NCBI GenBank assembly: GCA_020199905.1
Contig: JAIVJS010000071.1
Span: 8,668 to 72,667 of the forward strand
Source of the DNA: Acidobacteriota bacterium
GTDB lineage: Bacteria; Acidobacteriota; Thermoanaerobaculia; UBA5066; Gp7-AA6
Direction of reading: 5' to 3'
Length of the DNA stretch: 64,000 bases
Shown here: one piece after another, positions 18,961-27,574 of the stretch
Layout: the number at the start of each line of letters is the position of its first letter
Position numbering within the stretch: position 1 is the stretch's first letter
Program-made: the position numbers and the translations under genes
The notes under the pieces: model-generated
What the model was told of the DNA's origin: nothing
The model's input: only the letters and a program-made list of their open reading frames with translations
Database searches by the model: none

Positions 18961-19404
18961 TCCGCCTTCCGCGCTCAGCGCCTGGCGCCCCAGTCTTTTC
19001 CTCAAGATGAGCCGGTTCCTCCCTCGCCGGCGCTCGTAGTGCTGCTCGTCGGTCAGTTTCTTCACGATCAGGATCCCCAGGCCGCCGATCGGACGGCCCT
19101 CGAGGGGGGCCGACGTATCCGGGTCCGCGCGCCCGAGCACGTCGAAAGCCCGGCCGTCGTCGGTGAACAGCATCTCCAGATATCCGCCCTGGACCGCCGC
19201 GGAGAATTCGACGCGGCGGCCGGCCGGACTCTTCCAGGCGTGCCGGCCGATGTTGGCAAGGATCTCGTCGAGGATCACGAGGACGTCCGAGCGCACGCGC
19301 CGGGGGAGGCCGCGTTCTTTCGCGAATCTCTCGAACCGCTCCGCGGCGCGGGTCCGCCCCGCTTCGGTGGCGGGCAGACGCAGCCGGAGCGGAGGGGCCT
19401 TCAC
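18952..19404 (-). CDS. anti-sigma regulatory factor Ser/Thr kinase (RsbW/SpoIIAB-like, HATPase_c)
   Basis: GHKL motifs ('ILDEILANIGRHA', 'DDGRAFD', 'GGLGILIV'). GTG start at about 19404 overlaps the stop of the upstream HExxH gene. Confidence 0.7.
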   Translation of the reverse strand: MKAPPLRLRLPATEAGRTRAAERFERFAKERGLPRRVRSDVLVILDEILANIGRHAWKSPAGRRVEFSAAVQGGYLEMLFTDDGRAFDVLGRADPDTSAPLEGRPIGGLGILIVKKLTDEQHYERRRGRNRLILRKRLGRQALSAEGGGL

Positions 19405-20561
19405 GAGAGGTCCCGCGGCTGACGCGGGCGCACCAGGCGCTCTCCGAGGTGGCCGCCCGCCGCCGCGAGCTCGTCCAGACGGAGCGACCCGAGAGCGATG
19501 ACGCGGGCGCGCACCGCCCGTTCTCCCCCGGCGGCGGACGGCGGCGGGAGAGCCGCGAGGCTCCGCGCGGCGTCGTGTACGAGTCGCGCGGCGACCGCGA
19601 GACCGTCGTCGGAGAGCGGAGGCGCTCCCCGATAGTTCTGGAGGCGGCCCCCCTCCCGATATTTCGGAAAGCTCTCGAGGCCGAAGAAACGCAGCGCCAG
19701 GTCCACCCTGTACTCGCCGAAAGCTCCGAGCAGCCCGACGTAGTCGGCGATGACCTCGTCCAGCAGGTTGTTGCGCATCGCCCCCGCCAGGCGGAAGGTC
19801 GCGTAGTGCGTCGCTTCGTGCGCCTGGCGGATTCTTCCGGAGAGCTCCAGCCATTCCCGTTCCTCGAAGCCGGCCTCCGAGGCCGGGACGCCGCTGTACG
19901 GACCCACGGAGAGGATGAGGAATCGGTCTTCGTAGATCTCCCGGCGGGCCGCGACGGCCGCGAATTCGCCGGACCAGTCACCGAACACGTTGGCCGCCTG
20001 CCACCTTCTCCGGTACTCGTTTAACCGGTCCCAGTTGTTCAGGCCGGTGACGATGCACGCTCCCATCGACGGCGGCACCGCGATGGGCTCGTTGCGCGCG
20101 GAGAACGCCCGGACGAGCGCCTCGAAGTCCGTTCGTTCGGGCGCGGTGAGGACGGGAACGGGGCCGGTGGGAGTCCGCGCGATCTCCAGGGTCACCCGAT
20201 CGGGCGCCGAGAGCGCGATCCCCGTGGCCTCGGGATCACCTTCGGGCCGGATCCCCCGGCGGGTCGCCTTCCTGTAGGCCTCCGTCGCGCTGATGCCCGG
20301 CCGGACGGGAAAGAGCAGCTGAGAGAAGCGGGCCGCCAGCGCGGGGATGGCGCCGGAGACGCGGGCCTCGTCCGCATACCGGGACCACGCCTCGAGATGC
20401 GGCTCCTCTCCGCCGGCGAACTCGAAGGCCCGCGCGGCCTGTTCCGGAGTGAAGAGCGGCGTGTCGTACGCAAACAGCTCCCGGATGACGTCCGGCGAAG
20501 CGCCGAGGGAAGCCAGGCGCCCGCCGCGAGCGGACGCCTCGGAATCGGCCGGCTCGCTCAA
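19401..20561 (-). CDS. hypothetical protein with zincin-like HExxH motif ('AHEATHYATF...LDEVIAD')
   Basis: 386 aa. Lies between the FHA-cNMP ABC transporter and the RsbW-like kinase on the same strand. No family confidently recognised. Confidence 0.55.
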   Translation of the reverse strand: MSEPADSEASARGGRLASLGASPDVIRELFAYDTPLFTPEQAARAFEFAGGEEPHLEAWSRYADEARVSGAIPALAARFSQLLFPVRPGISATEAYRKATRRGIRPEGDPEATGIALSAPDRVTLEIARTPTGPVPVLTAPERTDFEALVRAFSARNEPIAVPPSMGACIVTGLNNWDRLNEYRRRWQAANVFGDWSGEFAAVAARREIYEDRFLILSVGPYSGVPASEAGFEEREWLELSGRIRQAHEATHYATFRLAGAMRNNLLDEVIADYVGLLGAFGEYRVDLALRFFGLESFPKYREGGRLQNYRGAPPLSDDGLAVAARLVHDAARSLAALPPPSAAGGERAVRARVIALGSLRLDELAAAGGHLGERLVRPRQPRDLS

Positions 20562-20729
20562 CCGGCTTCCAGCCCGCGGGTGCGAAAGGGATGCGGCCGT
20601 CGTGTCCGGTGTTTTGCCTTTTGTGGATGAAGCGGGTCACCGGCGCGCGCTTCTTCCGATTCGCGGTTTTGCGGGCAAAAGGCGGTCCACCAGAGCTTGC
20701 GCCGGCTCACGCCCTTTCTCAGCAACCTG

Positions 20730-23700
20730 CTAGACCTGCTGGCGCCGCGCGAGCTCGGCGAAGAGCCCGTTCTTCTTCATCAGCTCGTCGTACGACCCGA
20801 CCTCCGCCACGACGCCGTTCTGCAGGTAGCAGATGCGGTCCGCGTTGGCGATCGTCGACAGTCGGTGCGCGATGCAGATCCGCGTCGAGTTCATCTTGTC
20901 CATGCTCTGCGTGACCGTCGCCTGGGTCTTGTTGTCGAGCGCGCTGGTGGCTTCATCCAGAAACAGGATCTTCGGCTTGTTGACGATGGCGCGCGCGATC
21001 ATCAGCCGCTGCTTCTGCCCGCCGGAGAATCCCCCGCCGCCCTCGCTGACGTAAGTGTGCATCTGCATCGGCATCTCCCGGATGTCCTCGGCGAACCCGG
21101 CCGCCTCCGCCGCTTCCCACGCTTCGTCGATCGTGCGGGAAGAAGTGCCGACGATGTTCCGGTAGATGTCGGAGGGAAGGACGCGATTGTCCTGGAGCAC
21201 GACGCCGAGCTGCTGCCGGACGAGGCGCGTGTCGAGCGCCGCGAGATCCTGCCCGTCGTAGTAGATGCCGCCCTTCTCGGCCGTCTCGAAACCCAGCATC
21301 AATCGCATCAGGGTGGACTTCCCGGAGCCCGAGCCGCCGACGAACGCCACGAACTCGCCCGGCTCGATCTTCAGCGACACGTCCTGGAGGATCCAGGGGC
21401 CGTCTTCGACGTATCGGAACCACACGTGGGAGATCTCTATCTCGCCTTTCAGGGTTCCGGGCGCGGTCTTCGTATCGTCGATCTCGGGGGGCGTCGTCAG
21501 GATCGGCTTCAGGCGCTCCCAGATGGGAACGGCCTTCAGCATGCCGAGCGAAGCGTCCGAGAGCGACTGCATCGCCACGAGGAAGAGAGCGAAAGCGGTC
21601 GAGAATCCGATGAACTGGCCGGTCGAAATGCTCGAAGGAATTCCCTTGGCCGCTGCGCCCGTCTGCACGCTGACCAGCGTGAAGAAGATCGCCATCGAGG
21701 AAAGAATCGGGTACGCGGAGTTGAAGACGGAAACGGTATTCTGGATCTGACCCGCCTTGAATGCCAGGCGCCGCTGATCCGAAAACTCCTTCGCCCAGAC
21801 CCGGAAGCCGTGGTCTTCCGCGCCGGAGACCCGGAGCTTGCCGACGCCCGAGATCAGCTGGAGAACGAGGCCGGTGATCCTTCCCTTCATGGTGAGCTGG
21901 TCGCGCTGGTAACGGAGCTGGAGATAGTTCGCGACGGTCGTGAACGTGACGAACACGATCGTCAACCCGATCCCCAGAAGCGCGAGCGGGAGGCTGTACG
22001 TGAGCATCAGCACCACGTAGAAGATCGACGACATGGCTCCCAGGATCGCGCTGACTCCGGCGCCCGCCAGCAGGTGGCGGATAGCGTCGATTCCCTGCGC
22101 GCGGTCGGCGAGATCTCCGGACGAGTACTTGCGGAAGAACGTGGAAGGCAGGTCGAGAAGCCGATCCCACATCGCCGCCTGCACGGAATAATCCATCTTG
22201 CCCTGAACCCGGAGCACGGCGATGCTCTGCGTCAGTTTGAAGGCGATGGACGCGAGCGCGCCGATCACGAGAGCGATGCAGAACTGCACGAGCATTCCGC
22301 GCTCAGCCTGCGGGATCGCCGTGTCGAAGAGCCTTCCCGTGAAGTACGGCGTCATGGCGGCCAGGATTCCCATTCCGGCCCCCATGAGCGCCAGCGTGAT
22401 GAACTCCCGCCCGAGGCCGCGCACGCCGAACTTCAGGACGTGTTTGACGGTCAGGAGGCCATCGGGGAACCGGCGGTAGAACACCCACCCGAACGGCTGG
22501 AGCTTCGTCGCGAGCTCCGCGGTGATCGGCTCCCGCCGCCCCGTCTTGCCGTCGACCCACTCATACGACGTCGGCCCGGTCGGGAGGAGCGCCACCGGGT
22601 CCTTCGTCTCCTCGCTCCGGGCGAGAATCGGCCCCTGATCCTGCTCCCACCAGTTGTCTCGAAGCGCGACCTGGCGCGTCCGGAAGCGCGAGAGCGTGGC
22701 GACGGCGTGGAGATGGTCTTCGAAACTGCGCTCGGCGGCCGTCTCCGCCGGCTTGCGGGCCTCCATGCCGAGCTCTTCGCAGACCGCGCGGCACGCCTGA
22801 AACACCGGCTCCGCCTCGCCGAACGTCGCCCGCGTCTTGCTCTTTCCCGAGCTGGCGAGGACCGCGCCGATGTCCTTGTAGGCCGCTTCCCGCGCGGCGT
22901 TCAGGTTTTCGGACTTGTTCTTCTGCCGGTTGAACTCGTCGACCGATGCGAGCCTCTTGTTCAGGAACTCGCATTCGCAGAGAGCCTGGTGGAACGCGTC
23001 GAGCCCGCGCCAGAGCTCGGGACGCGCCAGGACGGCGGCGCTCGAACGCGGATTCAACGAGAGGCCCTCGACGGAGGATTCGATCCAGGTGTCCCGCGTC
23101 ACCGGAAAGAGGATGGCGCCGGCGCCCGGCAGGACTTCCGCCATGCTCACGAAGAGAAGCGCGCCGCCGCGGACCTCCACCCAGAGGACGCCCTTCTGAG
23201 CCCGGGCGCGTCCCTGGAAAGGAAGCATCGCCGGCTCTCCGTCCATGAGATCCACCGAGGCCGGTCCGGAAGGCAGGTCGCGGACGAGAGACTTCGAGAG
23301 GCCGGTCACCCACGTCTCGACGAGCGTCGAAATTCGCTCCGCGTGCTTCCCGGACGTCGCGAGTTCCGCGAGCCTCCCGCGCGAGATCATCCGCAGCTTG
23401 GTTCCCGTCTTCCCGGCGGCGAGAAACCCCGAGCCGAGGCCGTAGCCCGCGACGTCCATCCCGAAGAGAGCCTGGCCGGTCTCGACGCTGACGAAGTGCG
23501 TGCGCGCGCCCGCCTCGCCGTCCTTCAGGGGAACCGTGAAGATCTCGAGCCGGCCCTCCTCGACGATCCACATCGCGTTCGGATCGTCCAGGAGAAACGG
23601 CTGGTTGCCGGCGACCGGGATCGGCTCTCCTTCGTCTTCGAGGCGCACGGAGAGCGCCAGCCGTATGCTCTCGAGCATCTCGCGGCGCGGAATCTGCGCG

Positions 23701-24086
23701 GTCTGTACGAGGTCGAGGTCGTCTCCTTCGGGCTCGTCGTCGCGGAAGAACTCGAGCACGGTCCCGCCGACTCGGAAGCGGTCCAGGTGGTCGAGAGGAG
23801 CCTGCTGGACCCGTTGGTCGCCGATCCACGTCCCGTTGGCGCTGCCGAGGTCCGTCAGCAGGTAGCCCGTCGCCGTCTTTTCGACGCGGGCGTGCCGGCG
23901 CGAGACGCTCGGGTCGGGCACGACGGCGTCGCCCTCGACCCTCCCGATGACGCAGCTGTCCGCGGCCGTGAACTCGCGCCCCAGGGTCGCCGCGCCGCCC
24001 TCGACCGCGCGGAGGCGGAATCCGCCTGCCGCCACCGGCCGGAGCCGGATGATCTGAGTGGCTTCGAGATCGGGCTCGGTGCTCAT
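20730..24086 (-). CDS. NHLM-bacteriocin-system-type ABC transporter with N-terminal FHA domain and cNMP-binding-like domain, then TMD and NBD
   Basis: FHA ('SRRHARV...DLGSANGTWIGD'), cNMP-like ('MWIVEEGRLEIFTV'), 6-TM exporter domain, intact NBD (Walker A 'GGSGSGKST', 'FSGGQKQR', '[12 protein letters not shown]'). Confidence 0.9.
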   Translation of the reverse strand: MSTEPDLEATQIIRLRPVAAGGFRLRAVEGGAATLGREFTAADSCVIGRVEGDAVVPDPSVSRRHARVEKTATGYLLTDLGSANGTWIGDQRVQQAPLDHLDRFRVGGTVLEFFRDDEPEGDDLDLVQTAQIPRREMLESIRLALSVRLEDEGEPIPVAGNQPFLLDDPNAMWIVEEGRLEIFTVPLKDGEAGARTHFVSVETGQALFGMDVAGYGLGSGFLAAGKTGTKLRMISRGRLAELATSGKHAERISTLVETWVTGLSKSLVRDLPSGPASVDLMDGEPAMLPFQGRARAQKGVLWVEVRGGALLFVSMAEVLPGAGAILFPVTRDTWIESSVEGLSLNPRSSAAVLARPELWRGLDAFHQALCECEFLNKRLASVDEFNRQKNKSENLNAAREAAYKDIGAVLASSGKSKTRATFGEAEPVFQACRAVCEELGMEARKPAETAAERSFEDHLHAVATLSRFRTRQVALRDNWWEQDQGPILARSEETKDPVALLPTGPTSYEWVDGKTGRREPITAELATKLQPFGWVFYRRFPDGLLTVKHVLKFGVRGLGREFITLALMGAGMGILAAMTPYFTGRLFDTAIPQAERGMLVQFCIALVIGALASIAFKLTQSIAVLRVQGKMDYSVQAAMWDRLLDLPSTFFRKYSSGDLADRAQGIDAIRHLLAGAGVSAILGAMSSIFYVVLMLTYSLPLALLGIGLTIVFVTFTTVANYLQLRYQRDQLTMKGRITGLVLQLISGVGKLRVSGAEDHGFRVWAKEFSDQRRLAFKAGQIQNTVSVFNSAYPILSSMAIFFTLVSVQTGAAAKGIPSSISTGQFIGFSTAFALFLVAMQSLSDASLGMLKAVPIWERLKPILTTPPEIDDTKTAPGTLKGEIEISHVWFRYVEDGPWILQDVSLKIEPGEFVAFVGGSGSGKSTLMRLMLGFETAEKGGIYYDGQDLAALDTRLVRQQLGVVLQDNRVLPSDIYRNIVGTSSRTIDEAWEAAEAAGFAEDIREMPMQMHTYVSEGGGGFSGGQKQRLMIARAIVNKPKILFLDEATSALDNKTQATVTQSMDKMNSTRICIAHRLSTIANADRICYLQNGVVAEVGSYDELMKKNGLFAELARRQQV

Positions 24087-24087
24087 C

Positions 24088-26172
24088 TCAGTGGGCCGCG
24101 ATCAGGTATTTGTAGAAACCCTCGACGTCTTTCATGCCGTCGTGAGTCCCGCGCTGGACGATCTTCCCGCGATCCATGATGACGATCTCGTCCGCGTCCC
24201 GGATCGTGGAGAGCCGGTGGGCGATGATGATGCAGGTGCAGCCGCGCCGCCGGAGGGCGTCGTCGATCGTCGCCTCGGTGCTCGGGTCGAGCGCGCTCGT
24301 CGCCTCGTCCAGCAGGAGAATGGTCGGGCCGAGGGACAAAGCGCGCGCGATTTCCAGGCGCTGGCGCTGCCCTCCCGAGAAGTTACCCCCGCCCTCCTCG
24401 ACCGCCGCCCCGTATCCACCCTCGCGCGCCTCGATCACCTCGTGAATCTCGGCGTCGCGGCACGCGCGGGAGATCGTCGTCGTGGGAATCGTCGAGTCCC
24501 ACATCGAGACGTTCTCGCGGACCGTGCCCGAGAAGGGTCGACTTGCCGCTGCCGCTCATTCCGACGAGGGCGACGCGCTGGCCGGGCTTGATGACGAGGT
24601 TGAAGTTCTCGATGAGCGGCTTTTCGAGCGGGCTGTACCCGAAGGTCACGTTGCGGAGCTCGACGTGGCCGGTGAGCTTCAGGACCGCCCGGTCATCCTT
24701 CTCCTGCTCCTTCTCGCGGGAGTAGAGCGCGTCCTGCGGGTATCGGAGCACGTCGTCCAGCCGATTCATGTCCGCTTCGAGCTCCTGGAGGCTTCCGCCG
24801 AAGGAGACGAAGGAGTTGAGCGGCCGGGTGAAGCTGGCGACGAGAGTCTGATAAGCAACGAGCATCCCGACGGTGAGCTGGCCGTTCATCACCTTCAGCC
24901 CGCCGATCAGGAGCACGAGAGTCGTCGTCAGGGTGTTGACGAGCGGCGGGACGACGCCGACGGCTTCGCCGAGGATGCCGAGTGTCTGATCGGCCTTCAG
25001 CGCCTTCGCCTGGTATCCCGACCAGCGCCCGAAGAACTCCGTCTCACCGCCGGTCGCCTTCAGGGTCTCGATCATCTTCAGGCCGTTCATCGCGGTGCCC
25101 ATGAGCTTCCCGTGGTCTTGGGTGAGCCGGCGGCTCGCGTCGACCCGCTTTCTGGAAACGATTTTCACGGCAACGATGTTCAGGGCCGAGACTCCCATGA
25201 CGACGAGAGTCAGCGTCACGTCATACACGAACATGAGTGCCGCGTAGAACAGGATGAGAACGCAGTCGAGCGCGGTCGTCGCGAGCTTCCCCGAGACGAG
25301 ATGCGCCACCTTGTCGTTGATGAGGACCCGCCCTCCGATCTCGCCCGCGTACCTCTGGGAGAAGTAAGAGACGGGAAGCCGCAGGACGTGGTGAAAGAAC
25401 TGGCTCGACGTCTTCAGCGCGAGTTTCGTCTCCAGGCGCAGCAGGTAGTAGTCCTGGAGCCAGGTCAGGATCATGCGGATGACCGCGGTCGCGGCCATGC
25501 CCATCAGCAGCGACTTCAGGATCCCGGCGCGGTTGGACACCAGGTACTCATCGATGAAGATCCGGGCGAACGTCGGCACGATCAGGCCCGGGATCACGAG
25601 CGCGACGCCGCACAGGAAAACGAAGAGAAGCGCCGCCTCGGAGCCCTGAAGGCGCCGCCGAAGCGCCGCTCCCATGCTCGGCTTCTCTCCGCCCTTCGTG
25701 AACTCGGGTCCCGGCTCGAACGTCAGGACGACGCCGGAAAAGGACGCGTCCACGTCCTCCATGGTGACGACGCGCGGCCCCTGCGCCGGATCCTTCAGGA
25801 AGACCTTGCCCTTGCTTCCGAACCCTTCGAGGACGAGGAAGTGGTTGAAGTTCCAGAACAGGATGACGGGGAACTTCTGGACGTAGAGATCGTCCAGCTC
25901 GTACTTGTAGCCCTTCGCGACGAGCCCGTACTTGCGGGCCGCCTTCATGATGTTGCTCGCCTTGCTCCCGTCGCGCGAGACGCCGCACGCGACCCGCAGC
26001 TCCTCGAGCGGCACGATCTTCCCGTAGTACGCCAGGATCATCGCGAGAGCCGCCGCGCCGCATTCGACCGCCTCCATCTGGAGGATGGTCGGCGTCTTGA
26101 CCCGACGATGCTGAGGCTTCTTCGGGGTGGCGGGCGCTTCGTCGGTCTCGGGCTGCTTCTGAGCTTCCACGT
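24088..26172 (-). pseudogene. C39-peptidase-domain ABC transporter (bacteriocin/lanthipeptide leader-cleaving exporter), NBD disrupted
   Basis: N-terminal C39 domain ('ECGAAALAMILAYYG') and TMD intact. After Walker A ('[10 protein letters not shown]'), about 43 aa including the Q-loop are missing and the frame shifts by +1. The rest of the NBD ('FSGTVRENV...FSGGQRQR...[11 protein letters not shown]...IIIAHRL') is in ORF 24088..24504. Likely GTG start about 26172. Confidence 0.7.
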
Positions 26173-26177
26173 GCCGC

Positions 26178-27329
26178 CTAGCCCCCGCCGAGGGACCTCT
26201 TGACCACGGGCAGGACGTAGGAAATGGGCGTACGGCTCTCGACAACGACCGACGCCGTCGCCAGGGTGCCGCTGTTGACCTGGGTCGGCGGGCCCTTGGA
26301 CGACGACCACCGGTAACCTGAAGGGGTCGACGCGTCGGGGATGAGCGTCGCGACGGCCTCGATCGGGGCGCTCTTCCCCATGAGCGTCTCGACGAGCTTG
26401 TCGTTGCGAAGCACTTTTCTCAGCCCTTCCGGCGTCACCGGAAACTCCGAAACCGACTTCACCTTCCCGACGAGGAATCCGTACTCTTCCGCCTTCACCG
26501 TCGTGGGAGAAATGCGGACCTGCATTCCGGGGCGGACCTTCTTGCCCTCCCCCGCCGGAATGTAGATCACCGTTTCCAGGGGAGCATTCAGAGGCTCGAG
26601 CGTCAGCAGCCGGGTCCCCGGGCTGATCATGTTCCCGCCGGAGCTCGTGACCTCGAGGACTCTCCCGTCATAGGGGCTCCGGATGTCGGTAGACGACGCC
26701 AGCTGCTCTTCGAGTTCTTTGAGCTGGCGCTTCAGATCCTCGACGCGGATCACCTGCCCGGACTGGGAATCCTTGTTCTGCGAGATGAGCGCCTCCGTCG
26801 AGGCCAGCTGCTCCTGAGTCCGCAGCAGCGTCCCGTTGGTCAGGAGGCCCCGGGCGACGAGCCGCTGCTGGACGCCCACTTTTTCCCGCAGCGCCCGCGC
26901 CTGCGCCTGGTACTGGCCGACGATCGAGCTTCCCCGCTGCCCCGACGCGGTCCTCTGCGCTTCGAGCTGGACGAGCCCGGCTTTCGTGTTGGCGATCTTG
27001 AGGGTGAGCTCCGGCTGGGCGATCTTCGCGACCACCTGACCCTTCTTGATCCGGTCGCCGGCCGCCACGAGCACCTGTTCGATGCGCCCCTGCGCCCCGG
27101 AGCTCACGTCATAAACGGCGGCCCCTCGGATCAGCATCCCCTGCCCGTCGACGCGAATGCCGATCGAGCCCACGACGCTCCAGACGACGACGAAAGCGAG
27201 GATGATCCCGGTGCCGACCAGCGCAATCCACCCCGTCGGAGACGTCACGCGCATCATCACGTCGAGCTGCTCGGGAGAGGACAGCTTTTCGAGAGCGCTT
27301 TTCCGAAAAAGCCCTTCGCCTATACCCAT
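26178..27329 (-). CDS. HlyD-family secretion protein (NHLM bacteriocin system membrane-fusion protein)
   Basis: Single N-terminal TM, coiled-coil, beta-barrel MFP architecture. Start 'MGIGEGLF' at about 27329. Confidence 0.85.
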   Translation of the reverse strand: MGIGEGLFRKSALEKLSSPEQLDVMMRVTSPTGWIALVGTGIILAFVVVWSVVGSIGIRVDGQGMLIRGAAVYDVSSGAQGRIEQVLVAAGDRIKKGQVVAKIAQPELTLKIANTKAGLVQLEAQRTASGQRGSSIVGQYQAQARALREKVGVQQRLVARGLLTNGTLLRTQEQLASTEALISQNKDSQSGQVIRVEDLKRQLKELEEQLASSTDIRSPYDGRVLEVTSSGGNMISPGTRLLTLEPLNAPLETVIYIPAGEGKKVRPGMQVRISPTTVKAEEYGFLVGKVKSVSEFPVTPEGLRKVLRNDKLVETLMGKSAPIEAVATLIPDASTPSGYRWSSSKGPPTQVNSGTLATASVVVESRTPISYVLPVVKRSLGGG

Positions 27330-27574
27330 GACTGCTCCCGCTGTGTGCCGACGATGGTAGCCCTTTCCGAGCCGCTCGCGATCGAAATCCTGGGAACCTG
27401 ACCTCGCGATCTCCTGCCGCGCGCGGCGATCCTCCCGCCGCCAGCGGAATGCCCGGTCGGATTCTGAGCGGGAGACTTCGCCAGTCCCGCCGGTCCCCCG
27501 CAAATGGAAGCCAGGCGCTCGCGTTCTCGCTTCGGTCTCACCGCGCTCGCGACGGACATTTCTCGGACAGGCTC

